Below, in pieces: positions 1 through 10,260 of a stretch of 64,000 nt of DNA. Every line of letters starts with the position of its first letter. Within the stretch, counting starts at the first letter, position 1. A program made the translations under genes and the position numbers. The notes below the pieces were generated by a model, which had not been told where the DNA came from, made no database searches, and saw only the letters and a list, made by a program, of their open reading frames with translations. The DNA lies in assembly GCA_963749655.1 (NCBI GenBank), contig CAVVOB010000030.1, positions 192,001 through 256,000 on the forward strand, in the 5' to 3' direction. The stretch is from Nitrospirota bacterium. Its GTDB lineage: Bacteria > Nitrospirota > UBA9217.

Positions 1-224
1 GCAAGAGGCCGGTGTAGCAGCTGCAAATGATTTCGGGCGCGAGTTCGGCGATTTGACGTCGGATGCGAAGACGAACGACTGACCACGTTGCGGCTCCTGC
101 CTGAAGCATGCTTCGCCTTTCGAAACTCGATGTATCCCGCAGACGGTCGTCCTTTTTTTGTCCTTCAAGCCCCTGCAGAGCACAGTACAGGCCGCGTGGA
201 TAGAAGCGCTTTTCATCGGATCCT

Positions 225-980
225 ATGACAAGCTTTTTAATCGGTTTTTTAGCGGGAATATTCGGCGGTCTCGTCGGCCTCGGAGGCGGGGTCATCATGA
301 TCCCGCTCATGGTCGGAGTCCTCAAGCTGGACCAGCACAAGGCGCACGGCACCAGCCTCGTGGCGCTGGTCTTTACGGGAATTTCCGGCGCTGTTGCCTA
401 CGGAGTGAAGGGGACTGTCGACGTCACGGCCGCCGTGCTGATGGCGGCGACCGCCATTATCACCGCGCGCGCAGGCGCCCATTTCGCCCACTCGCTTCCG
501 GAATGGAAGCTCAAGAGGTCTTTCGGCGGATTTCTTATTGCCGTCTCGACGCTGCTGCTGTGCAAGCCTTTTCTTCCCCATGTCGCGGCGACGGGGGCGG
601 GTTTTCTGAAGATCACAGTCCTTCTTCTGACCGGCGTCTTTACGGGCTTTTTGTCCGGGATGATGGGCGTCGGAGGGGGCACCATCATGGTTCCCGCCAT
701 GGTGCTGCTCGCCGGTTTTGAGCAGCATCTGGCCCAGGGAAGCTCGCTGCTGGCCATGGTCCCTGCGGGTGCGGTTGGGGCCTTTACGCACTGGAAACTG
801 GGCAATGTCAGGACGTCCCTGCTCACGGGCATGATCCCCGGGATCCTGATCGGCACCTATCTGGGCGGCACCCTCGCCCATGGTCTGTCGGAGGGGACCT
901 TGCGGATCGTGTTTGCCGCGGTCCTGATCTGGACCGGCGCCCGGTACCTCAGGACCCGGAAACCCGCGGACACTGCATAA
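225..980 (+). CDS. TSUP (TauE/SafE) family membrane transporter
   Basis: 251 aa, hydrophobic, two-fold internal repeat GLVGLGGGVIMIP / GMMGVGGGTIMVP with AHGTSL / AQGSSL. Confidence 0.88.
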   Translation: MTSFLIGFLAGIFGGLVGLGGGVIMIPLMVGVLKLDQHKAHGTSLVALVFTGISGAVAYGVKGTVDVTAAVLMAATAIITARAGAHFAHSLPEWKLKRSFGGFLIAVSTLLLCKPFLPHVAATGAGFLKITVLLLTGVFTGFLSGMMGVGGGTIMVPAMVLLAGFEQHLAQGSSLLAMVPAGAVGAFTHWKLGNVRTSLLTGMIPGILIGTYLGGTLAHGLSEGTLRIVFAAVLIWTGARYLRTRKPADTA

Positions 981-1047
981 CGCATCCGCTGACAGGCCGC
1001 GCTCCTCAACCCTTCTTCGTGCATCCCGCCATCGAAGCTCTTTCATC

Positions 1048-1076
1048 TTGTCATGATCGGGACAATACGCTATTAT
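1048..1076 (+). promoter_or_regulatory. sigma70-type promoter
   Basis: TTGTCA-17 nt-TATTAT, 8 nt before GTG at 1085. Confidence 0.55.
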
Positions 1077-1084
1077 TAATTACC

Positions 1085-1372
1085 GTGAAAGCGTGTCATG
1101 CGTGCCATAAGGAGCTGTCGCTCGGCAGGAGCATCGGCAGGCGGGACGTCTGTCCCTCCTGCGGAGCCGATCTGCACTGCTGCCTCAACTGTTCCTTCTA
1201 CGATCGGTCCGTCTCCAAACAGTGCCGCGAACCTGCGGCGGAGCTTGTAAAAGAGAAGTCCTGCGCCAATTTCTGCGATTTTTCCCGGTTTGCGGAAAGG
1301 GGCGAGGCGACGGGGGCCGGTTCCCCGGCGGAGCAGGCGCGAAAGGCGCTCGACGATCTTTTCAAAAGATAG
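1085..1372 (+). CDS. Small Cys-rich (probable Zn-binding) hypothetical protein
   Basis: CHAC, CPSC, CCLNC, QCRE, ANFCD motifs; GTG at 1085 preferred over the ORF-track start. Confidence 0.75.
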   Translation: MKACHACHKELSLGRSIGRRDVCPSCGADLHCCLNCSFYDRSVSKQCREPAAELVKEKSCANFCDFSRFAERGEATGAGSPAEQARKALDDLFKR

Positions 1373-1392
1373 CGTTGTCCCGTTTATCCGGC

Positions 1393-2127
1393 ATGATAAA
1401 AATCGATAAAAAAATAGTGGCAGGCTTCGTGGTAGCCGGCGCTGTTCTGGGCGGCATCTTTTACCTGATGTACGTTCACGGCTACATCGCCTATTTTACA
1501 GACCGGCGCCGCCTGCTGCAGGTCATCAACGAGCACCGCGCCTATGCGGCCCTGATCTTTATCGGACTTCAGGTACTGCAGGTAATTGCCGCGCCGGTTC
1601 CCGGAGAAGTGACGGGTTTTGTGGGAGGGATGGTATTCGGCACTGCATGGGGGGTGCTGTACTCGACCGTGGGCCTGACGCTGGGCTCCTGGATCGCCTT
1701 CCTTCTTGCCAGGATAGCCGGCCGCCCCGTGGTCGAGATGGTGGTGAAGCCTGAGACGATCAGGCGGTACGACTACGTGATGAAGCACAAGGGGATGTTC
1801 CTTGCTTTTCTCATGTTTCTGATCCCCGGCTTCCCCAAGGACATCCTCTGCTACGTCCTCGGGCTGGGGCATATGAGGAATCGTGATTTCCTCGTCGTGT
1901 CCACCACCGGACGGCTCTTCGGCACCACGCTCCTGACTCTCGGCGGAGCATTCTTCCGTGAAAAGCACTATGGAGCGCTCTTCACCCTGGTAGGCATCAG
2001 CCTCATTCTTATTCTGCTCACCATGATCTACCGCGAGTCAATCGAACGCTGGTTCCGGAGAATGCGCGTAGCCCAGCGGCTCAAGGACCGCTCCGTACGC
2101 CGCCGGGAGAACAAGAACGGAGGATAG
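1393..2127 (+). CDS. TVP38/TMEM64 (DedA superfamily, VTT domain) membrane protein
   Basis: LQVIAAPVPGEV, GSWIAFLLAR, LIPGFPKDILCYVLG motifs. Confidence 0.85.
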   Translation: MIKIDKKIVAGFVVAGAVLGGIFYLMYVHGYIAYFTDRRRLLQVINEHRAYAALIFIGLQVLQVIAAPVPGEVTGFVGGMVFGTAWGVLYSTVGLTLGSWIAFLLARIAGRPVVEMVVKPETIRRYDYVMKHKGMFLAFLMFLIPGFPKDILCYVLGLGHMRNRDFLVVSTTGRLFGTTLLTLGGAFFREKHYGALFTLVGISLILILLTMIYRESIERWFRRMRVAQRLKDRSVRRRENKNGG

Positions 2128-2130
2128 GGA

Positions 2131-2817
2131 TCAGACGCCTTTTCTGGTCCTGTCCCGACGGTCCTGCTGCACTCCTCCGCTCACGCGGTCCTTGTATTTC
2201 TTGTTGATGATGGCGCAGACCTCTTCAGGCTCGTCCACGACATGCATGAGGTCAAGGTCCTCAGGGTTGATGTTGCGCTCCGCAAGCATCGTTTTCCTCA
2301 GCCACTCCAGCATGCCCGCCCAGTACTCCCTGCCGACGAGCACCACCGGAAAGCTCCGGATCTTCTTGGTCTGAATGAGCGTCAGGGCCTCGAACAGCTC
2401 ATCCATCGTGCCGAAGCCGCCCGGAAAGATCACATAGGCCACGGCGTACTTTACGAACATCAGCTTGCGGACAAAGAAGTATCTGAACTCGACGCGGATG
2501 TCCTGGAACGTATTCGGTTCCTGTTCCATGGGCAGGGCGATGTTCAATCCGACGGACACGCCGTTCGCGTTCTGCGCACCCTTGTTAGCGGCCTCCATGA
2601 TGCCGGGGCCTCCGCCTGAGATCACGGCGAAGCCGTCCCTCGCCAGGCTTTCGGCGACTTTCAGACATTTGTTGTAGTAGGGGGAGCCCGGCTGAAGTCT
2701 CGCGCTTCCGAAGATGGTTACTGCCGGTCCGATGTTGTTCAGCGCTTCAAATCCTTCGACCAGTTCCGCCATGATGCGGAACACGCGCCAGGTGTCGGAC
2801 TTTGCAAGATCTTCCAT
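2131..2817 (-). CDS. LOG family (TIGR00730-like) nucleotide phosphoribohydrolase
   Basis: IFGSAR, SGGGPGIMEAAN, FFVRK, PGGFGTMDELFE motifs; SD upstream. Confidence 0.92.
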   Translation of the reverse strand: MEDLAKSDTWRVFRIMAELVEGFEALNNIGPAVTIFGSARLQPGSPYYNKCLKVAESLARDGFAVISGGGPGIMEAANKGAQNANGVSVGLNIALPMEQEPNTFQDIRVEFRYFFVRKLMFVKYAVAYVIFPGGFGTMDELFEALTLIQTKKIRSFPVVLVGREYWAGMLEWLRKTMLAERNINPEDLDLMHVVDEPEEVCAIINKKYKDRVSGGVQQDRRDRTRKGV

Positions 2818-2929
2818 TCAGTCATTCTCCTTCTTTGACAGGATATGATGCCGTTTCATTATTATGGTTGCTGCGGGGTGGCGCAGGTCGCGTGAAGCAG
2901 CCGAGGCGCCGGTCCGATGCTGCCGGCCG

Positions 2930-3994
2930 TTATTTGGCCGAGTATTCATCGCGGTAGATCTGGACAAAGACCGAGAGCAGCGTTATTACGAGGGGGCCGA
3001 AGAGGATGCCCAGAAAGCCGTAAACCTGGAGGCCGCCGAGGATCGAGATGAACAGCGCGAATGAAGAAATCCGGGCCTTTCTTCCGATGATCATCGGTTT
3101 CAGTATATTGTCGGGCAGGCTTACGAGGGCCAATCCCCAGATGAACAGAAAGAGGGCTTTGAGCGCCGTTCCCGAGAGGTAGAGGTAGACGGCGCCGGGC
3201 AGCCAGACGAGCGCAGCGCCGCCGACGGGCAGGAGCGCGAGGACCGCGGCCACGACCCCCCAGAACACGGAAAAAGGAACGCCGAAGAGGGCAAACCCCA
3301 GGCCGCACATGAATCCCTGCAGCAGGGCTATCAGGAAGATACCGTTCACGACGGCGGTGAACGTGTCCTGGAACTTCTGCATGATGGACCGCTTGTGGTC
3401 CGGTGAAAAAGGCAGGAGGTCCATGGCCGTGTGATAGTATGCTTCGCCGTTCCTGAAGAAGAAATAGAGGGAAACGAGCATGATGAAGAGGTTCATGCTG
3501 ACGAGCAGCATGTTCTTCAGCATGTCTCCGAATCCCGTGGCCATCTTCGAGGAGAACTGTGTCAGTCCATTGATGACGGCGCCCTTCAAATCGAAGTCCG
3601 CCAGGAACGGAAACCTGTCGATTACGGGACCGCTCAACCGGATCCACTCTTCAGCCAGCTTTCCGGACTTCGCGAGACCGGACACCCACTCGTAGAAGTC
3701 AACGGCCTGGGCAGCGAGGACCGACAGCAGCACTATGGCAGGACCGATCACGACCAGCACCGTCGTCACCGTCATGAGCCCGGCAGCAAGGGCAGAGCGG
3801 CCCTTCAGCCGCCGAACGAGCTTCTTGTACAGGGGGTACAGGGCGAGGGTCAGGATCATGGCCCACAAGAACGCTGAGGAATAGGGCGAGATGATGCGGG
3901 CCAGCTGATAGAGGAGAAAGAAAAGGACGGCGAAGAAAGCAACCGCAAAAAGGCGCGAACGGGTCACGAACTGCGGCATCTGATCCGGACTCAT
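2930..3994 (-). CDS. AI-2E family transporter
   Basis: Multi-TM protein with LLPVGGAALVW, DNILKP, GFLGILFGP; ATG overlaps pdxA stop (ATGA). Confidence 0.88.
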   Translation of the reverse strand: MSPDQMPQFVTRSRLFAVAFFAVLFFLLYQLARIISPYSSAFLWAMILTLALYPLYKKLVRRLKGRSALAAGLMTVTTVLVVIGPAIVLLSVLAAQAVDFYEWVSGLAKSGKLAEEWIRLSGPVIDRFPFLADFDLKGAVINGLTQFSSKMATGFGDMLKNMLLVSMNLFIMLVSLYFFFRNGEAYYHTAMDLLPFSPDHKRSIMQKFQDTFTAVVNGIFLIALLQGFMCGLGFALFGVPFSVFWGVVAAVLALLPVGGAALVWLPGAVYLYLSGTALKALFLFIWGLALVSLPDNILKPMIIGRKARISSFALFISILGGLQVYGFLGILFGPLVITLLSVFVQIYRDEYSAK

Positions 3995-5010
3995 GCGTTC
4001 CCCCCCCGCGCGGCCTTCGAAAATCCGGCCATCTTCGCAGCGAGCTTCACTGCTTCGAACAGGCTTGCCGGGTCGGCGCAGCCCTTGCCCGCGATGTCGT
4101 AGGCGGTACCGTGGTCGACGGAGGTCCGGATGATGGGGAGACCGACGGTGACGTTCACGGCATTGCCGAAGGCCAGCATCTTGAGCGGCGCCAGGCCCTG
4201 GTCGTGGTACATGGCTACGACGATGTCGTAATGGCTGTTCCGGGCCTTGTAGAAGAGGGTATCGGCCGGCAGGGGGTCGCTTGCGTGAATACCTTCCTGC
4301 CGCGCTTTGATCACCGCGGGAAGGATGATGTCCCATTCTTCGGATCCGAAGAGCCTGCCCTCTCCTGCATGGGGATTCAGGGCAGCGACGCCTATCCTCG
4401 GCTGGTCGAAGCCGAACAGCCGCATGGCACGATGGGCGAGGCGCAACGTCTTCAGGATCCCGGGGATCGTGATATGAGACGGGACGTCCTTGAGCGCCAT
4501 ATGAATGGTGGCCAGGATCACCCGCAGACCGCCACCCACGAACAGCATGCCGTATTCCTTTGATCCGGTCAGCTCTGCGAGCAGTTCCGTGTGGCCGGCG
4601 TAGTGGTGCCCTGCCGCATTCATCATTTCCTTGCTGATCGGAGCGGTCACGATAGCGGCCGCTTCGCCTTTCACGGCGGCGTCGACCGCTTTGCGGATAT
4701 ATTCTACGACGGATTTTCCCGAGGCCGCGCCGGGCTTGCCCCAATTGTGGCTCGCGGGGTCCACCTGCTTGAGGTCGAGGACGTCCAGTTTTCCGGGAGC
4801 GGGATCGGCCTCGGCCAGCGCTGAAATTGCGCGCACGGTGATGGAGAAGCGCATTTCTTCGATCAGTTTCTTCATTACTACGGCGTCGCCGATTACAACC
4901 GGTCTGCACAGAGGGAGCAACTCGCCGCTGTCGATGACTTTGGCGATGATCTCAGGCCCGATGCCTACAGGGTCGCCCATGGTTATGACTATGAGGGGTC
5001 TTTGTTCCAT
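3991..5010 (-). CDS. pdxA: 4-hydroxythreonine-4-phosphate dehydrogenase
   Basis: TMGDPVGIGPE, GHTE, NPHAGE, AMYHDQG, RTSVDHGTAYDIAGKG. Confidence 0.95.
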   Translation of the reverse strand: MEQRPLIVITMGDPVGIGPEIIAKVIDSGELLPLCRPVVIGDAVVMKKLIEEMRFSITVRAISALAEADPAPGKLDVLDLKQVDPASHNWGKPGAASGKSVVEYIRKAVDAAVKGEAAAIVTAPISKEMMNAAGHHYAGHTELLAELTGSKEYGMLFVGGGLRVILATIHMALKDVPSHITIPGILKTLRLAHRAMRLFGFDQPRIGVAALNPHAGEGRLFGSEEWDIILPAVIKARQEGIHASDPLPADTLFYKARNSHYDIVVAMYHDQGLAPLKMLAFGNAVNVTVGLPIIRTSVDHGTAYDIAGKGCADPASLFEAVKLAAKMAGFSKAARGGNA

Positions 5011-5276
5011 ACGATATCTTCCTGTTGTATTGCTGCTTCCGATGTGACGCGGTAAAGGTCGTCGGACGGCCTTCCCTTGCCGGCGGGCACCTTCAGGACT
5101 TCCAGAGTAATGCTGCGCCGGGTGAATTTCAGGGTTATCGAATCGCCCTGCTTGAGCTCCTTCGCAGGCTTTGCTTCCCGTTCATTGACGAGAACCCTGC
5201 CGCTGTCGCACATCTCACGGGCAATGGAGCGCCGTTTTACGAGCCTGCTGGTCTTCAGGAAGAGATCAAGACGCAC
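4989..5276 (-). CDS. S4-domain RNA-binding protein, YabO/RqcP-Hsp15-like
   Basis: MRLDLFLKTSRLVKRRSIAREMCDSGRVLVN...AKPAKELKQGD; 95 aa. Confidence 0.88.
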   Translation of the reverse strand: MRLDLFLKTSRLVKRRSIAREMCDSGRVLVNEREAKPAKELKQGDSITLKFTRRSITLEVLKVPAGKGRPSDDLYRVTSEAAIQQEDIVWNKDPS

Positions 5277-5282
5277 GTTTCA

Positions 5283-5311
5283 ATTGTATCGGAAACCAGG
5301 CGGTTTTACAA
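5283..5311 (-). promoter_or_regulatory. sigma70-type promoter
   Basis: Minus strand TTGTAA-17 nt-TACAAT, 6 nt before the GTG start. Confidence 0.6.
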
Positions 5312-5361
5312 CCTGAATTCAGACGGCCGAATGCCGCGCTCCCCGTTTGCATCAACGGGTG

Positions 5362-5841
5362 TCAGAACGGTTGCGAGAGGCTTTCCACGAGGCGGTCCGC
5401 CTCTGCTGTGATTATCCGGTGGTCGCGGAGAATGCGGGTTTTGGCCTCGAAAATATAGGCATGCAGGTCAGGGGCGAGGTCCGGAGGCAGCTCATCCTCA
5501 TCGAGAATGTGAACGGATCCCTTCCCGTCGGTCAGGATATCGATTGCGAGGTCCCGCCAGGAGAAAAGGTCCGTTCGCAGCACTATTCCGTCAGCGACAT
5601 TGAAATAGTACAGGATCTGTCCTATTCGCGGGAGACGCCAGAGGTAGAGCGTGTAGGGTCGATTCGTCCAGTAGAAGGCATGGGTTGTGTCGCCGGGAGC
5701 CAGGTGATAACCGTCTATGTCATATGCCTGGTCTATGACATAACGGAGGGCGCCGAAATCACCGTCAAGTTTTACGAGTTCGCAGGAGTACTCGTGCACG
5801 TCGCCGGAGAGGAGATGTTTTTGTTCTATGCAGGTCGTCAT
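5362..5841 (-). CDS. DUF402 domain protein
   Basis: YYFNVAD...WRDLAIDIL...ILDEDEL pattern. Confidence 0.75.
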   Translation of the reverse strand: MTTCIEQKHLLSGDVHEYSCELVKLDGDFGALRYVIDQAYDIDGYHLAPGDTTHAFYWTNRPYTLYLWRLPRIGQILYYFNVADGIVLRTDLFSWRDLAIDILTDGKGSVHILDEDELPPDLAPDLHAYIFEAKTRILRDHRIITAEADRLVESLSQPF

Positions 5842-5921
5842 AGGGTGAAGGGCTGCGGAAAACGTGCCGATCCGACCGGGGTACGGTCACAAAATCCAGT
5901 GACGAAGGCATTCCTCCAGCG

Positions 5922-6329
5922 TCAGCGGATTCCCTTGTCATTCAGGAAGGGTCCGTATTTCCGATCAACCTCGAGGATATGCACGTTCAGCCAGTTGCTG
6001 AGAAACAGCATGGCGTCCCTGGTGATCGCTGGACTGCCTCCCTCGTATTCATTCTTGAGCTGACGCACCTTTTCGGCCAAATAATCATGCATCTGTTTGT
6101 GCTCTTCGAAGTCGGGGTATGCGTACTTCTGGAAAAGACGCTCTTCGGCGTTGAAATGATAGATCGTGTAATCGAGCAGATCGGCCAGAACCCTGCCGAG
6201 CGCCGCCTTCCCATTGCCGCGACGCATGGCGTCATACAAGTCATTAATAAGGGCAATGAGCTTTTTGTGCTGGTCGTCGATTTCAGCAATACCTACCGAA
6301 TAATTTGTGTTCCAGTTAATGAGCGTCAT
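5922..6329 (-). CDS. Single-domain bacteriohemerythrin
   Basis: WNTNYSVGIAEIDDQH, HFNAEE, EHKQMH, WLNVHILEVD; SD GGAG before ATG at 6329. Confidence 0.93.
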   Translation of the reverse strand: MTLINWNTNYSVGIAEIDDQHKKLIALINDLYDAMRRGNGKAALGRVLADLLDYTIYHFNAEERLFQKYAYPDFEEHKQMHDYLAEKVRQLKNEYEGGSPAITRDAMLFLSNWLNVHILEVDRKYGPFLNDKGIR

Positions 6330-6507
6330 AGTAACTCTCCGTTCTTTCAGCATCTCACCCAGCGCTTGAGAGCACGGAAACAGCCGTCTACCCTTTATCG
6401 TATGCGTTTTTGGAAAAGGAAAGCGGAAGGATCCTGATTTGTCCTGCAGGCGGCTTTGCGCCCGTGTCCGGTTATGTATATCATGATGGAATCGTAAGAA
6501 GTCAAGA

Positions 6508-6614
6508 TTTGCCACAAGTAAGGTTCGTAAAGGTAGGCACACAGAAAGCACGGAGGTAAGGCTTTAATAAAGCGGTAATTCTCTCGGAGTCCTCCGCGAC
6601 CTCTGTGGTAAAAA
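6508..6614. repeat. Degenerate 9-bp-period array with roughly inverted arms
   Basis: GGCACACAG-AAAGCACGG-AG facing CTCTCGGAG-TCCTCCGCG-ACCTCTGTG-GT. Confidence 0.5.
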
Positions 6615-6699
6615 GACTCTTTACAATCGTGCAGCAAGGCCGGGTTCCCGGATTTCTGGTGCGAAATTTTTCCGGCGGTCCCTGCAAACCATCCAGTCT

Positions 6700-8148
6700 T
6701 TACTGCACCATCTTTACGGCTTCCTCGATCCTCCTGGTCGTCCTGGCTTTACCCATGACCTCTATAACGTCGAAGATGCCGGGGCTGACTGTACCCCCGG
6801 TCAGGGCCACACGCACCGGCTGGGCCAGCTTGCCGAGCTTTATGCCTTTTTCCGCGACGATGCCATTGAACACTTTTTCGATTTCATCGTGCGTGAACGG
6901 CTCGACCGACTTCAGACGGGCCGCCAGGTCGGTGAGAAGCGGTGCCACGTCCGCGGTCAGGTGCTTGGCTTTTGCCTTTTCGTCCATCGTGATTGTTTCA
7001 GCGATAAAGGGTATGGCGGCGGTTTTCATTTCGACCAGCGTGTGACTCCGTTCCGTCAGGATCTTCACAAGCTTCTTGAGCCACTCGAGATCCGGTTCTT
7101 TTCCGGAGGCAACGGTGCCATCCTTCTTGAGGAGGTCGAGGAGCAGTCCCGCAGTTCTTCCGGGATCGGCTTGCTGGATATAATGGTGGTTCAGCCAGAG
7201 GCACTTTTCCTGATTAAAGACCGATGGCGCCTTGCCCACGCTTTCGAGAGAGAACTTTTCGATGAGCTCCCTGGCCGAGAAGATTTCCTGATCGCCGTAC
7301 GACCACCCGAGTCGGGCCACGTAATTCACCAGTGCCTCGGGAAGATAGCCGAGGTCCACGTACTCAGTTACTGCGGTCGCACCGTGGCGCTTCGACAGTT
7401 TCGTCTTGTCCGATCCCAGGATCATGGGCAGATGGGCGAAGGCGGGCACATCGAAACCCAGGGCCTGGTAGATTTGGATCTGGCGCGGCGTGTTATTCAG
7501 ATGGTCGTCCCCGCGAATCACGTGGGAGATCTTCATGGTCACGTCGTCCACGACCACGGCGAAATTGTAGGTCGGGAATCCGTCGGAACGCATGATGATG
7601 AGGTCGTCGAGCTGCCGATTCTCGAACGTAACGGCGCCGCGGATCAGGTCGCGCACCACGGTCTCGCCTTCGTCCGTGGAGTGGAAGCGGAGCACCGGGG
7701 TCCGGCCGGGTATTGGCTCCTTCCGGCCGAGACAGGTACGGTCGTACTTGGGCGGCTTGCCTGCCGCCATGGCGGCCTTTCGCCGCGTTTCGAGCTCCTC
7801 GGGCGAGCAGTAGCAGTAGTAGGCTTTGCCCTCTTTCAGGAGACGATCTGCGTACTCGCGGTAGATCTCCATACGCTCGGTCTGCCGATAGCCCTTTACC
7901 GTCCCGTCCGGCAGAACGGACGGCCCCTCGTCCCAGTCCATGCCGAGCCATTTCATGCCGTCGATGATGATGCGGATGGACTCGTCAGTGGAACGCGCCC
8001 GGTCCGTGTCCTCGATCCTCAGAATGAAGGTTCCCTGGTGATGACGGGCGAACAGCCAGTTGAACAGGGCTGTACGAACGCCGCCGATATGCAATGCCCC
8101 GGTGGGGCTCGGAGCGAAACGGACGCGAACGGGGGGCTGTGTGCTCAT
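6700..8148 (-). CDS. gltX: Glutamate--tRNA ligase
   Basis: RFAPSPTG, HIGG, KLSKR. Confidence 0.97.
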   Translation of the reverse strand: MSTQPPVRVRFAPSPTGALHIGGVRTALFNWLFARHHQGTFILRIEDTDRARSTDESIRIIIDGMKWLGMDWDEGPSVLPDGTVKGYRQTERMEIYREYADRLLKEGKAYYCYCSPEELETRRKAAMAAGKPPKYDRTCLGRKEPIPGRTPVLRFHSTDEGETVVRDLIRGAVTFENRQLDDLIIMRSDGFPTYNFAVVVDDVTMKISHVIRGDDHLNNTPRQIQIYQALGFDVPAFAHLPMILGSDKTKLSKRHGATAVTEYVDLGYLPEALVNYVARLGWSYGDQEIFSARELIEKFSLESVGKAPSVFNQEKCLWLNHHYIQQADPGRTAGLLLDLLKKDGTVASGKEPDLEWLKKLVKILTERSHTLVEMKTAAIPFIAETITMDEKAKAKHLTADVAPLLTDLAARLKSVEPFTHDEIEKVFNGIVAEKGIKLGKLAQPVRVALTGGTVSPGIFDVIEVMGKARTTRRIEEAVKMVQ

Positions 8149-8361
8149 GGCGCGGTAAACTCCTTGGATAGAAGGTCGTAGTTTCGAAACAAGACGGCAT
8201 TATAACAAATTCCGGTTCTGATCGAAAGCAAATTCACGGGAATAGTATCCCTTTGCGAGCGTCCGAATAGACGGCCTAAGTCGGCAATTTTTCGGTCAAA
8301 CCGGGCATGCCGGACCGCTTTGTGCCGGTATCGGTCCCGGAATAGTTATAAAATGGGCCAT

Positions 8362-8390
8362 TTGACAAAGAGCAGTCTCTCGGCTATGCT
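8362..8390 (+). promoter_or_regulatory. sigma70-type promoter
   Basis: TTGACA-17 nt-TATGCT upstream of the gene at 8501. Confidence 0.65.
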
Positions 8391-8500
8391 TTAAATAGTC
8401 TATAGCTGCAGTTTGAGCTCTGTCGTCAACGGTCGTCTGTCGTCGGGCAGGTGGTCGTTTCTTACATGACAAATCAATTTCGGTTTTTGGGAGGTGCTCC

Positions 8501-8947
8501 ATGGATATCAGAGTACTGACGACTGCGCCGGTTGTCGAGATCGACGGCATCAAATATCATCACCATCCGAACGGCGGAGGCATGGTGGCCGAAACTGCAC
8601 AGGTTGCCGATTCTGTGTACGTGGGCCCCTTTGCCAAGATCTGCGGCCGATGCAAGCTGAGCGGCGAGGCGTTCGTCTTCGGAAACGCATGGATCTTCGA
8701 TAAGGCCGAGATCTCAGGCAGGGCGGAGATTTTCGGAAATTCGAGGGTGTTCGGCAACGCACAGGTGACGGGAGATGCAAAGGTATTCGGCTTCTCGAGC
8801 GTATACGGCGATGCCGTGATCGGCGGCTTCTGCGAGGTGTCTGAAAAGGCTGAGGTCGGCGGCAATGCCCATCTCTTAGGCAATGCCCGGATTGCCGGAG
8901 AAACAAAGGTGCTGGGCGAGACCGCTGCAACGAAAAAGGTTGCCTAG
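8501..8947 (+). CDS. Hexapeptide-repeat (left-handed beta-helix) protein
   Basis: SD GGAGG; tandem VFGNAW/IFDKAE/ISGRAE/IFGNSR/VFGNAQ/VTGDAK units. Confidence 0.8.
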   Translation: MDIRVLTTAPVVEIDGIKYHHHPNGGGMVAETAQVADSVYVGPFAKICGRCKLSGEAFVFGNAWIFDKAEISGRAEIFGNSRVFGNAQVTGDAKVFGFSSVYGDAVIGGFCEVSEKAEVGGNAHLLGNARIAGETKVLGETAATKKVA

Positions 8948-9012
8948 GAGGCAAGCTATTGCGGGACTTTCAGTCCGGTCGGGAGTAGTGGGCCTGTAAT
9001 AGTAATCAGGAG

Positions 9013-9054
9013 AATAAAAAAAGGGACGGTTCATTGAACCGTCCCTTTTTTATT
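9013..9054. terminator. Bidirectional intrinsic terminator
   Basis: A-tract, GGGACGGTTCA/TGAACCGTCCC stem, T-tract between convergent genes. Confidence 0.88.
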
Positions 9055-9078
9055 GAACTGTGCGAACGCTTCGGGTGA

Positions 9079-9525
<447 letters not shown>

Positions 9526-9537
9526 TCATGGAATTAA

Positions 9538-10224
9538 TTAGTGATGATCGCCGCCGCCGATGTGCGCTGCCTCGATCGAGCCCGACAAATAGAGCATCGT
9601 CAGGAGCATGAACACGCCGGCCTGTACGAAGGAGACCAGGAGGCCGAGTCCGAGGATCGGAACGGGCGCAATATACGGCGCCAGGAGCGCCAGAACGAGC
9701 AGCAGCTTGTGTTTCGCCACCATGTTGCCGAAGAGACGAAAGGTGAGCGACATGACGCGGGCGAAGTGACTGATGACTTCAATGGGGAACATGAGCGGCG
9801 CAAGGCCCCACATGGGTCCCATGAAATGCTTGATGTAGCCCACGCCGTGCCGGCGAACGCCGATATAATGAGTGGCCGCGAACGATACGAGCGCGAGGGC
9901 CAGAGTAGTGTTGATGTTCGCAGTGGGCGAATCGAACCCCGGGAACAGACCCTGGAGGTTGCACACCAGAATGAAGAGGAAAAGCGTGCCAATGAGGGAC
10001 AGATAATGCCTGCCTTCGGGCCCCATGATCTCCACGATGAAGTTTTCCAGACCGCCGACTACTGTTTCGAGCAGATTTTGTACGCCCGTGGGCGCCTCTT
10101 TTTTGAGTGAGAAGCGGGCGGCGAGCGCAAGGCCGATCAGGATCGCCATCGCAAGCCAGGAATAGGAGACTTGCACGGGGATGCTGGGTGCAAGTGATTC
10201 CAGTATCATCGGTCCTTCTTTCAT
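9538..10224 (-). CDS. atpB: ATP synthase F0 subunit a
   Basis: PTGVQN, SPTANINTT, SLTFRLFGNM, QAGVF. Confidence 0.95.
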   Translation of the reverse strand: MKEGPMILESLAPSIPVQVSYSWLAMAILIGLALAARFSLKKEAPTGVQNLLETVVGGLENFIVEIMGPEGRHYLSLIGTLFLFILVCNLQGLFPGFDSPTANINTTLALALVSFAATHYIGVRRHGVGYIKHFMGPMWGLAPLMFPIEVISHFARVMSLTFRLFGNMVAKHKLLLVLALLAPYIAPVPILGLGLLVSFVQAGVFMLLTMLYLSGSIEAAHIGGGDHH

Positions 10225-10260
10225 GGGTATGCTCCTTTTGGTACGGTTAGAAACACAAAA

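Noticed and set aside
3995-4909. 300-aa N-terminal extension of the AI-2E ORF
   Set aside because: Alternate frame of pdxA; the real start overlaps the pdxA stop.
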